A stretch of DNA of 63,117 bases, the filler included, from Dicyema japonicum (taxonomy: Eukaryota > Animalia > Dicyemida), in the NCBI GenBank assembly GCA_011109175.1. It is 7 parts of 7 records of this genome, joined end to end, with 100 filler letters (N's around TTAATTAATTAA, not from the genome) between each part and the next. Parts side by side here need not be neighbours in the genome. Positions count along the whole stretch, not along the records: positions 36,864 to 44,755 come from RDEW01000260.1; positions 44,856 to 47,699 come from RDEW01000084.1; positions 47,800 to 56,329 come from RDEW01000255.1; 4 more parts are not named here. One strand, 5' to 3'. Numbering within the stretch: the stretch's first letter is position 1; each line of letters opens with the position of its first letter. Of the stretch, positions 36,864-49,889 are shown piece by piece. The notes beneath the pieces are model-generated. The model saw only the letters and a program-made list of their open reading frames with translations, searched no databases and was not told the origin of the DNA. Made by a program: the position numbers and the translations under genes.

Positions 36864-37928
36864 ACCTTCAGATTCATGTATTTTGAAAACAGCATCCACG
36901 GTAGATTTAACATAATTGGGGAGGGGACTGGGATAAACAGAAATTAAACTTTAACGAGTAGTTAATTTTAACAGGAAAGAGCCTACCCTCGATCGGCAAA
37001 ATACAGCAAGTGTCATTTCTAGTGAAATAATATGAATTGATCAAACGTCCGATCATCCGATTCGTTGGTTTCAAAAAATCTTTTAAATTTCTAAAATTAG
37101 TCAAAGTACGCCAAACCTCTGCCTCAAGAGTCGCAGAGGCGATTATAACCTTAAAATTATTTGTTCTTTTTTTGAGGATCTAAGATCGTGGGATAAACAA
37201 AATAACCTTCCTAAGCAACCCCACAATTATGTCAGTATTTATACTCCGTTCATGCACTTCATCCACCATGACTACACTACAAATTACCATCACATTACCT
37301 GTATTTTGAAAGTAGGGGATCTGACATTATTTCTCGAATCAAAAGACCGTCCGTTACGAACTATAAAAATAGATTACACTCAAACCTTAATCTTTGTTAC
37401 TTTTGAATCTGACGAATCGTCAAAACGAATCGCGTACCCAACGTCTTCGCCGAGATTACACATTTTTTCCTCAGCGACACGTTTAGACAGCTAACTTATA
37501 AATCCCCAATTACTGTTATAGCGGCTATACGACGAGGCTGAGACACGAGAATTTGTTTCTCACCGTTCATGTCATACCCAGCTTCCAAAAGATACTAAAC
37601 AAATGTGGCAGATCAATACTTGAGGTATTTGAGTGCTCTTCCCACAGCCAGTTTCACCTTCAACAATCAGCACTGAGAAATTTTCAACCATATAGAGGAT
37701 ATTAGTCCGCCACTGAATTAATTGTAAAAATAACCCTGAATATGGGAAGACTTTCACGTTGTTCACGATATGTCAAATTAGAATTGGGTCTATAATAAAT
37801 TCGAGAAGAGGCGCTTTCTTCACCGTTCTCATCCAGAAGATTTTTTTCCTCCATATAAATTCTGTCCAATTCTTATAGATAGACACAAGTAATTAACCTG
37901 GTTTAATGAACCTGTCTTTAGGGTCCAT
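36864..37928 (-). CDS. DHX35: DEAH-box RNA helicase DHX35-like, 5' part (truncated by linker), 10 micro-introns
   Basis: [10 protein letters not shown]..., [17 protein letters not shown]|[59 protein letters not shown]; introns of 26, 22, 25, 23, 25, 22, 27, 26, 28 and 22 nt restore the frame. Confidence 0.88.
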
Positions 37929-38099
37929 AATAAATTGTTGACTGCGCTTCGAAGATCTGTGACTCTAAAAGTATCTTAAATGTACAACACATACCATGAT
38001 GTTTATTTAAATTTTTATTGTAAAAAATTAATATATATTTACTATAATCTTATAAAGTGTTATAAATAAAATTTACAATAAATATAAGGTAAAATTTAC

Positions 38100-40370
38100 A
38101 CCTCCCTGCGTTCATTTCGTCCTAGTAGTGGAGGTGGTATTGATGGCTTGAGACCCGGTCACCTACGTGATCTCACAGCTCCAATGATGGGATCTGTCGG
38201 AAAGGATCTTTCGAATGTTATTTGCGAACTGATCAACAAAATTCTTTCTGGATGTTTGTCTCCTTTCGGTCGAGATATGTTATTTTCTGCTAATCTTGTT
38301 GCTCTCCGAAAGCCTGACGGCGGTGTCAGACCGATTGCTATTGGAAACGTGTTNGCTATATTTAGAAAAACGCTGTTGCCATGTTGTGGTTTTCTATTCT
38401 GTTCTGTTATTCTATCAATCCTATTCTAATCGTCTATTTTCGAATGACCGTTATTCAACATAAATCTCAAGAGACCTGTCCGATCTGCCAACTTACTAAT
38501 GGTAGAAAGTTTGGGGTCGCTTGTGACACGTGTCGACAAGTTACCATCTCTCTTGTGCCAGGATGATCAAAAAAGTTTCAAGACCAATGTAGAGGTAAAC
38601 GTGTGTTTGCTGTCTGTTGGATTCATCTCCTGGATGTAGTATGGAATACTCAATCTCAGAGGATATCGGAACTATGACGCTAGAGGAGCTTCTAGTTGCT
38701 ATTTCGAACACTCGATGCAGGATGACTATCCCTGTCAGGATCCCCAAAGGTTGTCGTCACAATTTTGCCTCAGCTCTTGCTTCCTTTATCGAAAAAGCAA
38801 TTCTCAATGGTTCGTTGATGCTTTTCTCTTTCCTGGTACTCGCACTTGTCCTGGAATCGACACCTACTCCTCCTATTTTCAAGTCGAATAAAAGCACGTC
38901 TGACTAACTTTATGGAATCTTAGGAGGAATTAGCTGCAGAGCTATTCATACCTTTGAGGACTGCACTAACCTCATCCCCTGACCAACCTTCCTCTGGGTC
39001 TGAAAAACTTGTGTGAACTGATTTTTACCAAATTAGTTGCTTCCCTGAGATAGTTTCTCTTCTGAAAGCAAAACACCCTCCTGTGCAAGACGATATTTGT
39101 GCTCCCGTCTGTCCCGATCCTTTTCGAGGCGACGTTTCTTCCGCCAATTTTCGTGATGCCCTAGGATCATTCCGAAGGAGTAGTAGTGGGGGAGTTTATG
39201 GGCTTAAGCCAGTATATCTCATGGACCTTCTCTCTATTTGTTGACCAGCCAGCTATACTTCTATCCGGGAGAACTTGTTGCTTTCTGAGACTATCTCTGA
39301 TTTTGGTTGCAAACTCATTTTTTCTGCAAAACTAACTGTATTGGGGAAGAAAGATGACGGAATTTGTTCTATTGCAGTTTGCAACGTTTTCCCCTTCTTT
39401 CTGGACAGATCGCTTGTCGATCTTTCATTGCAAATATAGTTCGGAATTTCACCGAGCATCTTCAAAATTGGTGATCCTATTTGAACTACTTTAGGAAACG
39501 ACATTTGCTATAACGACAAATGCTACAATTTGATTGCAACTTTTACGTCAGAGAACTGCCGGCCACCTCTATGAACTTCGAAGACATGCGAGGAGGTACA
39601 TGGAGAATATTGGTAGAACAGATATGCTTCAGAAACTAGAAGTTTCATTTTTTGAAAATTTCCAATAAACAAATTGATGGATCTTGGCTTGGGGTTTACC
39701 CATGTCAAGAAGTTGGTGGATTGTTGGATGATGACTCCCTTCGTACAGCTGTATGTCTACACCTCGGATTGCCTGTTTGCACCAAATCGAAGTGCAAATG
39801 TGGCTGTCTATCGGACGAACTGGGTCTCCACCTCCTCTCATGCCGGAGCGGAATTGGCAGATCTTCTCGACATTCGGCTATGAACGGCATCATTAAGAGG
39901 GCATTAGAATCGGCTGGATTCCGTTGCCGGATCGAACCGACTGGTCTATTTGACAACGGAAGACGCCCTGACGGCATGACCTCCTTTCCTTTTGAGCGAG
40001 GGCGAAACCTTGTATGGGATGTGACCTGTGTCTGCTCTTTCGCCCCAAGCAAAAAAAATTATTCACCGGGCAGACCTTCCACTCAAGCAGAGGAAGTAAA
40101 AAATGCTAAATACTCGGATATCAGCGACAGGTACATTTTCGCACCTGTCGCGATTGAAACTTCGGGGAACTTTGGCCCTAAAACGCTGAAGTTCCTGAAC
40201 CATTTGGGAAAACTACTAACTGACAAAACTGGTGATCTTCGTGAGACGAGATGGCTCAAGGAGAGGCTCTCGTTGGCTGTTGTCCGTGGGAATAGCTTGT
40301 GCATCTCCCAACAGCTGAATTAAAATTAACTATTCTTTTTCCTTTTTCCTTATAAAATAATAAAATAAAC
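38100..40370 (+). mobile_element. CRE-like element pieces: RT, N-terminal Cys finger, intact RLE C-terminus (39652-40323)
   Basis: KPDGGVRPIAIG; CPICQ..CDTC; CKCG, HLLSC, RHSAMN, RRPDG, VWDVTC, PVAIETSG, AVVRGN. Confidence 0.88.
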
Positions 40371-41139
40371 TTTAAATTTGAAATACAGGCAAAATCGCTA
40401 TGTGACCTTCATGTAACCTTGATGACAACGGTTTTGTGATGGAACTCCTATTAACAGAAAGATTTTACATTTAAAAAGTGGATATACAAATTTTACATTT
40501 ACTTCATCGCCAAAAGTATTCTAAATATTAAAATTATTTATTTCTTCTGAATTTCCGAATAAGAGACGTCGCTTTTTTTTCCTACCAAGACTGACTTTCC
40601 TCGCCGTTAGATATTTCAGACTAAAATAAAAATTTCAGAAAACTGGTTCAATTGAAAAAGGCTCAATGCTAAATTTAGCATTTTTAAGTTCCACANCATG
40701 ATGAATGGTGGATGTACATGTTAATGAGAGTGTAAGGAGTAGGCATTATGTTAATGGTAATTACTTCGATGTGGTTATCCGAGGATTGTAAGACCGTGTT
40801 CTAGGTTGTGTTAGTGATAGTAATGGAATAATGTATGAGGATTACCAGCCAACCACTATGGAACCCATTTGCGCGTTCTGACGGAGTACTAAGTAGTCTC
40901 TGTGTGTGTGGTGATTGATAGTCTGGAAAACTGGTTCAATTGAAAAAGGCTCAATGCTAAATTTAGCATTTTTAAGTTCCACAGGTTGCTCAATCTAAAG
41001 TTATAGATTAGTTTGACTTTCTTTCGTTTGTGGTTGTTTAAATTTAAAATGTAACTTTTGGCCAAACTATCCAAAAAAACAACAAAGACATAAATTGCAA
41101 TGAATGAAGCAGCCCTTACTTGATCCGAAAGTTGTATGC

Positions 41140-41310
41140 CACCTTTACTCCCCCACTCCACTGGATGGATTTCCACAGCTGCAAGTATGGACGTCTTTTA
41201 CCTTTCATGTTGATTCCGGATGGACTCTGATTCTGTAGTAATGGAAACTGGACACATTTAATTAGTTGTTTATTTTAACTTCTTTTTTGGTGTATCCGGG
41301 GTTAATAAAT
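41140..41310 (+). repeat. Dispersed repeat, copy 3
   Basis: Close match to 6020-6185. Confidence 0.75.
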
Positions 41311-42698
41311 TAAATTAAATATGTATGCTTCAAATATACGTGGCATTCGTCCAAATGAGAGGACGAAAACCGGATTCAAAATAGAGGTTTGGGTTCAACA
41401 AAGTCCTTATGGGACGTTATTATGGAGACCACCATCTTCATAAGACAGATTTTAGGGAGGTTTATGTGATTCCAATATTAGATATTTTATTGGATATATT
41501 TTGTATAGAATATCTGTTTCGGGCTTTCGTCGCGAATATTATTTTACTCGTGTCTGGGGTTTTCGACCTCTTTGGTCTCGCTCTTGTTTTGATATTTTTT
41601 ATCCGATTTTAAATGGTTTTGTTGATTTAACTTGTAGTTTTGAACATTCTTATAAAATCTATATTTCAAAAATTTGGAAAAGAAGTTGAGTCTCCATTCA
41701 AATATATGCCTCACGTGGACCATAGTTGAATTAAAAACATGCCTGAATTTAAGCTGAAATCCTCATATATGAGAAATCTATGGTACTCCTATTTTAATAA
41801 TTTAAGTAACTCACGTGTTCGTGTATCTATCATTTGACAGTAATCAAATGGCAACTTTATATTTTTAACCGGAATCCCTTGTCTGATATTCCAACTCTTT
41901 TGGTTACCCAAAAAACTCCAAAAGATATCCGTCTTAAGGCATCAAAAAACTCCATAGGATGTCCATTTTGAAGACGTAGAAGCATGTAATGTCGATTTAT
42001 TTATACTAAGATATGTGTATCACATGACAAAAATTTTGTATAACGAGTGAAGAGTAGGAAAAGGAATATAATCATATGACAAAATAAGAGGAATCGAATT
42101 TAGGATAGGATAACATCCTAACCACTAAGCATGTGATCGATGAATATTAGTAAAGGTTTTTTCACCTCCTCGTAAAGAATGACGTCCGATTGGGAAATCG
42201 TGATGAATATCGAAATGTCTAACGCTTTCTCCTCACTAAGAAGAAAGATCTGTCTTCGAAGAGCACTAGGGATAAATAAACTAGTGACTTTGGCTATGGG
42301 TCAGAAATTTATGATTTTCTAAAAGCTCGGAGTAAACCTTTGCACAGAGTGNNNNNNNNNNNNNNNNNNNNNNNNNNNNNNNNNNNNNNNNNNNNNNNNN
42401 NNNNNNNNNNNNNNNNNNNNNNNNNNNNNNNNNNNNNNNNNNNNNNNNNNNNNNNNNNNNNNNNNNNNNNNNNNNNNNNNNNNNNNNNNNNNNNNNNNNN
42501 NNNNNNNNNNNNNNNNNNNNNNNNNNNNNNNNNNNNNNNNNNNNNNNNNNNNNNNNNNNNNNNNNNNNNNNNNNNNNNNNNNNNNNNNNNNNNNNNNNNN
42601 NNNNNNNNNNNNNNNNNNNNNNNNNNNNNNNNNNNNNNNNNNNNNNNNNNNNNNNNNNNNNNNNNNNNNNNNNNNNNNNNNNNNNNNNNNNNNNNNNN

Positions 42699-43000
42699 CT
42701 CTTTGGCCACGTGTTACGTCTAAATGACCAGGTCCCCGCAAATGTCTCAACGGACAATTACTTCGCACACACAGGAGTCGGATTCCATGGAAGATCAAGA
42801 ACGAAACTTCCGACTATCTTAATTGAAGGCCTATCGGCGGTTGGTATGAGACTAACTTCGGCGGATGACCTGAACGACCTAAGAGAACTAGCGCGCAACA
42901 GAGGATCACAGTCGAGGCTGACTGAGAGGATGATTCGGAATACAACATAAGGGAGAGTTAATTAACTTTATGTTTTCTCCGGAGAGTTTTTAATAATAAT
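42699..43000 (+). mobile_element. RTE-like 3' end
   Basis: LFGHVLRL...GRSRTKLPT...DLNDLRELARNR. Confidence 0.8.
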
Positions 43001-43814
43001 TGCTACCTAGTCGGTCAAACTATTAGTTGCTGCTCTGCCTTATTCATTAGATTGCGGAAGATCAAGGGTAACCTTGTCGGTTGTCCTAAGAAATGAACTG
43101 AAAAGGGATTGAAATCCGCAAATGACCTATTCTTATTGAGGTCGCTATCCTCTCGTCTCTTTTGGGGGAACGCAGAAATTGCTTAATATATCCTTTACAA
43201 GGCATACTTTGTTGAATAATTCCTAAAACTTACACTTTCTTGGAGCCCACCGGCCAGGACCCTGATAGGCCGAGTTAGAAAGACTTCACATATATCAACT
43301 CCCTGTTTCCTATTAACATCATCTAGGGTGCAGTAAAGACACTATCTGTTGTAAGAAAGCCAAGAAGGTTAATGAGAAGAAATACGAAGGGCGCAACTTT
43401 TTTGAGACAACTGGAACAATAAGTAGAAACTCTGTCCCTCTTAAACAGTCTGGGACGTCAGACCCCACTTAGAAGCTATAAAGTAAAAAATCCAACGATC
43501 TTATACATTTTGAATAATCACGAGTAATTTTTGAAATCAAATAAACATTTTCCAATTGTGAGTGCTGGCGCCGAGATCTCTTAGAGATGGGAGAATATAA
43601 ATAGAATTCCGATCTTCTCCCTTAACAAATCATCTGGAAAACCATGATGAAAATCTTCCACCTAAGAATTAAGTAATGTCCGCGACGGTAGGCAGTTGTG
43701 TTGGGGTTACCAAAGATTCTAAGAATGGGGTTAATAAATATAATCGGTGACCACCAAAAAATGAAGACAAAATGATTTTTATATTAAAATACAGTTAGTG
43801 AGTTAATATATTAC

Positions 43815-44755
43815 TTATTTGGGTTGTACAGGTCCTTGATTTTCTCAATACAAGTACTCCAGTACATTGACCACTTATTCCTGTCACTTTTCATGTCCTC
43901 ATGGTCTTTATCGACTTCTTCCAATAATCTATTCATAATATTTGCTCTCTAAGAATCACAGACTAGGACATACATCCCCAATCTCACACGCAATCTGCCG
44001 TACCTTTCTCTGAGCAAAATTGTGGTCTTTATCGACTTCTTCCAATAATCTATTCATAATATTTGCTCTCTAAGAATCACAGACTAGGACATACATCCCC
44101 AATCTCACACGCAATCTGCCGTACCTTTCTCTGAGCAAAATTGTTCCCCCCGTTTTCCTGAGATTCGAACTTTTCCACCATCAGGGAGCTAAACCTTCTA
44201 TTTTTCGAGTCCGTAGATTTCCTTATTTTACTCAGAATCTCCATCAAGTCAGATTTCGCTAACTCCCTCCTTGACGAATAATCGTCATATTCGGTTGACT
44301 GTTGACGACTCACCTTTTCGGTTCCCTGGGACCAGTAGAGGAGTGCCTCGATGGGTTTCCTCTCAGGGGGAAGATCTAACAGTGAGTCTCTCACAAAACC
44401 GTCGAAAATGATCTCTTCCTCAGTGATCAAGTCCCCGAAACTGTTTACGTAGAAGGCAGACAAAGATAAAAAGCTGTCCACAAATTGTTCGGTCACAGAA
44501 GCATATGAGTTCTGGAAATCACACGTGGGCCTTTACTTTGGCATCTTTAGCAAAGCTTTGAAGTTCAACAAAGATTTCTTTCTGATGGAAGTCCTCACTC
44601 TCAAGCAGACTGTTCAACTTTTCACGTTGACAAGGATGTCCCAGAATCGGGAAGAGCTTTCTGTCGTAAGATTTCTGTTTTAAGCAACCAAAGAACTTTG
44701 TGGAGGTCGAATCTCCCCCAAATCTGTTTGAACTTGTCTTTGTACCCATTTTGCA
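43815..44755 (-). CDS. Host gene fragment, unknown protein (120-bp block duplicated 43904-44143)
   Basis: Long open exons (ORFs 44519..44749 and 44077..44496) and a 25-nt intron GTATGTCC..CTTAG continuing RANIMNRLLEEVDKDHEDM. Confidence 0.5.
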
Positions 44756-45003
44756 NNNNNNNNNNNNNNNNNNNNNNNNNNNNNNNNNNNNNNNNNNNNT
44801 TAATTAATTAANNNNNNNNNNNNNNNNNNNNNNNNNNNNNNNNNNNNNNNNNNNNAAAAGGCCTTTCTTTTACCTATATCGGGATTTTGAAAGATCTTGT
44901 GCCAGCTATCATACTCTCGAGCATTTTTTGGAGTATTCATCTAAATGCAAATCTTCAAGTTCTCAGACATCGATTAAACCCCACGGGTTCAGACCTTCTA
45001 ACC

Positions 45004-45732
45004 CAGTGTTTCTTAACCTTTTTTGACCGGGGATCACTTTAGTCTGTTGAATTTTTTTGGGGACCACGTGTAACAAAACAGTTTAATAAAAAAACTAACA
45101 AAATTAAAAAATCACAATATTTAGAGTTAGTGTAATTTTTGATCCTGCTTTTCAGAAACTATAGCTGTTCAATTTTTGGTACAATGTTGGTAAGTGCCAT
45201 TCTCATATCGTCTTCCACCTTAAGTCGGTTGCGAACTTTACTTTTCAGAATAACAAGACATTGCCATTTCACATAAATAAGTGGTTGGAAAGGGAATTAT
45301 CACTTTTCAGTGCATCTTTACTTAAGATTGGATATTCATTAATAACAGAAATCCAGAATTCCATAATCGAAAGCGAATTAAATGTCAACTTGCAAAACTG
45401 CGAATTTCGCAATTCAATCAACTGTTCTTGGAAATCAATTTCTTCAATTTCTTGGCCGTCATAAATTAATTTATTGGTTTCCGGAATAAAAGGGTGTATT
45501 ATCCAAGTCGCAATTGTTTCAGTAACTGGGAAATAATCTCCAATGTTATTTCCAAGATTTTCGAGATGATCAATAATTAAAGAAGAGAACCATTTTTCAG
45601 GTTCATCATCACCAATCTGATTTTCTACCATAGGAAACATTGAATTTTGTTTAGTCATAAATAATTAATTGACCTAAAAATATTTCTGGGGACCACCTTA
45701 AATTTTTCTGGGGACGACGTTAAGAAACACTG
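45004..45732 (-). mobile_element. Internally deleted hAT (Charlie/Buster-like) transposon, 729 bp
   Basis: Perfect 14-bp TIR CAGTGTTTCTTAAC; perfect 8-bp TSD TTCTAACC (44996-45003, 45733-45740); dimerisation-domain remnant FWISVINEYPILS..LKSKVRNRL. Confidence 0.93.
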
Positions 45733-46116
45733 TTCTAACCTTCACAATCCGATTTTTACAGTAAAATATTAATAGACGTCGCCATCTTATTATGCTAACA
45801 TTTGTAATCATGTTAAAGTATACTTTTGTATTAAACGGTAAATGGTCAACGGTCATAGACACTTACTTTGGAGTAGATACCACTTTTCCGTTGATCATTA
45901 AAAGATTCCTATCGTGAAAATATAAAAATAAATCTTCTTAACGGATTTTTCAGTGAAATCGATTATGTCAATATGTTGGAACGTTATTCTCATAACGTTT
46001 GTTACTAAAAGCCCCAAAATCGACAAATGAAATGTTTTTAGTGCGAAAAGAATCGTAAAAATTATTTTATTATTTGTATTAGCAAAGTATTAATATGAGA
46101 AATTAANAATTTTAAG

Positions 46117-46633
46117 TTAGTTTGTTAGTATTAAATTGACGTTCCTCAATATACCTATAATGTGATAAAGTAAAAAAACGTTTATTTGTTTTTTTCCCAA
46201 TCTCAGATTTCCGAAATAGTCGAAACCATCGCGTTTACCTTTAAAGTTAAATTCGAATACACGACTAGCTCCTTCTTTCACGCATCTTTCATATATCTCA
46301 ACAAATGTCGACAGTATAGGTTGATTTAGTTTTGTTTTTTCTACCATATTAATACTGTCGCTTATGCATTCCAGTTGATTTATTGCTTCGACACATTTTT
46401 GTTCATCCAGACAGATGGCAAGTTGGCAGGTAAAGAGGACTCCAATAATCACTATATTTGTTACNTTTGGGTTGATTTAGTTTAGTTTTTTCTGCCATAT
46501 TAATACTGTCGCTTATGCATTCCAGTTGATTTATTGCTTCGGCACATTTTTGTTCATCCAGACAGATGGCAAGTTGGCAGGTAAAGAGGACTCCAATAAT
46601 CACTATATTTGTTACCTTGGTAAATATTACCAT
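46117..46633 (-). CDS. Small secreted protein, candidate amidated peptide precursor (N-terminus duplicated around a single N at 46466)
   Basis: Hydrophobic N-terminus MVIFTKVTNIVIIGVLFTCQLAIC; C-terminal KR-DGFDYFGNLRL-GKK. Confidence 0.5.
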
Positions 46634-48079
46634 ATAAGGATAACTTCATTTATCAATTCGGTTTCTATTCCCTTATATATTCAGATAATTAATTAATTTT
46701 TATGAATTACGAAGATATATTTGCTATTTTTGTATTTTGTTTCTAAATTCAGGTTACTAGTGTCATATTTAATTAATGTTTATGTATTATTTAAATCAAT
46801 ATATCTAATTTTATTGTATCATTCTGAACCTTGATAATTTGACTGTGGACATGTATCATTGATGATACAATAAATACTCTGAGTGGTCTAGAACCTTTCN
46901 TATTCAGATAATTAATTAATTTTTATGAATTACGAAGATATATTTGCTATTTTTGTATTTTGTTTCTAAATTCAGGTTACTAGTGTCATATTTAATTAAT
47001 GTTTATGTATTATTTAAATCAATATATCTAATTTTATTGTATCATTCTGAACCTTGATAATTTGACTGAGCACATGTTTTATTAATGGTAGTTAAATTTT
47101 TTACTATTAATGGACAAGTTCAAATAAAAAAATTAATTATTTTTATAATTTTCCAGCTATATTATTTTGTTCGAGAGTATACTTCTTTTGAAGCTACTTT
47201 TATTTATCTTTGTCGTAATTTGAATTCTTTTGATATTAAATCTCTTTTCTACTTTACAGACAGTTTATTCTACATCAACTGGAGATTCTGTCAATGATAG
47301 TTCAGGTTCTTTTCCATGAAATTGCGTTGCTGAAACTATAGATCCAACGAGAAAAATGTTGTCTGCTTAAATAGTATTTAATTTTTCGGGGTACGATACT
47401 CCACACATTATAGAATTGAAAAAAACTGGGCTGAGTACGCACCTTGTTGAATTCCTCCAAAACGAGAAAATAATTTTTTTAGAAACTTGAATTGTAAAGA
47501 ATCATATAATATTTAACGTTTTCCGTTTAAAATTTCGGTCTTTTTCCAAAATTTGGTGTAGAATTGAAAACGAACGCTCTTCCGAACATGTTGTGTTTTG
47601 ACATTGGAGTAGTCGCAACTTTTCCAAAGGCAAAAATTTTCTATCTACATAAACAATTTTCAGAATTTTATTCGAATTTATTCTTTTATCGATATATTCN
47701 NNNNNNNNNNNNNNNNNNNNNNNNNNNNNNNNNNNNNNNNNNNTTAATTAATTAANNNNNNNNNNNNNNNNNNNNNNNNNNNNNNNNNNNNNNNNNNNNA
47801 CCGACTGATATCTTGTATTTTGAAAGGTCTTCACAAAGTTCTTTTCTTTTCCATGCACTAGAGAGTCCTCTGACATTTGAACGTTAAAAGAGAGAAGTCA
47901 TTTAGGTTGCAAATTTCGTGTTTTTCAGACATACTTTTCAAAAGGGACCTCACCACCTCAACCAAAAAATATCAGAAAAGGAGCGAGCATAATATAAATT
48001 ATTTAACAATGTTAAATACATTGCTAATACATGGTACAATTTTTAAAGAATTAAATCAATATTTTTGTTATTAACCTTA

Positions 48080-48977
48080 TGACGTCAACCAAGAGAAATG
48101 AACTTGATTTTAATACCAAAAACAAGATTGCTGAGGAAATCATAGAACAAAAAAAGTTCTTATAGAGTAATTGCACAACGATATGGAACTAACAAAAACA
48201 GTCGTGGGAAGTATAGCTAAGGATTTAGACAAATATACAAATTTCGATAACAGGCACGTTATCCGGATAAAATATATTTCAAGATTGGGGCCATTTAAAA
48301 ATTAAGATCACAGAATGTGGCTTCTCAGTTATTCTAACATTAAAGTACTCGCACTTAAATATGCGCAGAACATAATGATAATTCATTCAAGGGTGGAAAA
48401 CAGTGGTTTTCATCATTCAAAATGTTATTATAATTTGAAATATAAACGGTTATCTGGAGAACCTGCAAGTGCTGATCATGAATCCGCATTTATATTTGCA
48501 GAATCATTTTGTCTAAATCGTGTGCTAATTCTCCAGAAAATATTATACTGTGGTGAAACATGCATTGAGAGGCAACACAGCTATTCGTATGTACTACAGT
48601 CATCAATGCAATGAAAAAAGACAGTGAAAAAATTACAGCATAGTTTGTTGTTTCAATGAATGGAGAAATTTGCAATCCATTATTATTGCTAAAAGTAAAA
48701 ATCATCGGTGCTTTAAGCAATATGATCTTAAGCAAACAATACTAAATATGTGCAAATAAGACAGCCTTGGTTAACGAAAGACATTATATGTTCATTTAAT
48801 GAGGTTTGAATCCAAATTAAATAAAGCTTCAATTAATAATGGAAAAGTGATATTAGAGTATATTTGAAATAAAATTTGTTGATTAAAACGAATTAAAATA
48901 TTATATGGGACAAATAATTATATGGTACGATTTTTTAAAATACTCCTTTTTTGTCCCATATAAAAGTGTCACCACTG
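48080..48977 (+). mobile_element. Degenerate Tigger/pogo element
   Basis: IAQRYGTNK HTH remnant, LKYKRLSGEPASAD, PLLLLK; right end TGTCCCATATAAAAGTGTCACCACTG followed by TA. Confidence 0.7.
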
Positions 48978-49014
48978 TAGTAAAATACTGATAATTGTTA
49001 AAAAAAAAAAACTA

Positions 49015-49085
49015 TATAAGGGTTCCTTATAAGATGAAAAATGTCGATAGGGTTCCGTGCTTTCAAAAAAGGTTGGGAACCACTG
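49015..49085. mobile_element. Isolated hAT terminal fragment
   Basis: AAAAAAGGTTGGGAACCACTG is the reverse complement of a CAGTGGTTCCCAACC-type TIR. Confidence 0.6.
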
Positions 49086-49889
49086 GTCTATCGGTAACTT
49101 CTAGAGGAAGTTTTGGTCTAAAAATGTGGACCCCTATGGATGGTAACTGGCAAGTTCATGTACTCTGAGGTGTTTTGAAAAGCCATATAGTGTTTTAAAT
49201 TATGTAAATAAACTTAATTAGTTTTACAAAGATTTAAAGTAATCTCTAGTCAGTCCCAGGACCCTCAAAATTTTGAGTAATTTGCTTAATTAGTCGATGA
49301 TCCATTTCAAAATAATCGAAAATTATTTAGAAAGTTACTTGGATCTCTCAAACTACCTAACGGATTAAGCTATGTTTTTCGGAAGAAGTATATACTTTAA
49401 AAAAATGTGTTTAAATTTTTAGGGAGATCGGACCCGGATAGCGGGAGATACAGAACTTTTTGTGATGCTTTCAGATATTCATCTCTATATTAAAGCAATC
49501 TCTAATAAATCTTAATAATCTAATATGCGGAATTTATTCACTTGATAATTTTTTGGGGGATCAATTACTGTCGATGGTTACCAGTCTCTTTTCGGAGAAA
49601 AAACGAAATTTTTTATTTGGTCTAGAAACATTTTCGACGTAGTATGGGACAAAAAATGGGATACCTAGACATCAGTCCACGATTTTCGGATAAATTAGGG
49701 TGACTTAGATAATGGAATAGGGTGTATTAGAGAATGGATTAGGATGTATTAGAGAATTGTCGAACCTAACATAAATCAGAGAATGGATTAAGGCAGAGAT
49801 TGTCAAACGGTGTGCCGCCAGCCAAATAAAAATTTATTTATTTTATTAACCTAATTTTTTTATTAAAGACAATTATTTAACAAAGAAAC

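Noticed and set aside
4618-37928. Cluster of splicing genes (DBR1 and DHX35)
   Set aside because: They lie on different scaffolds separated by artificial linkers
42281-42798. Long ORFs in the ORF track
   Set aside because: Made almost entirely of N-gap residues
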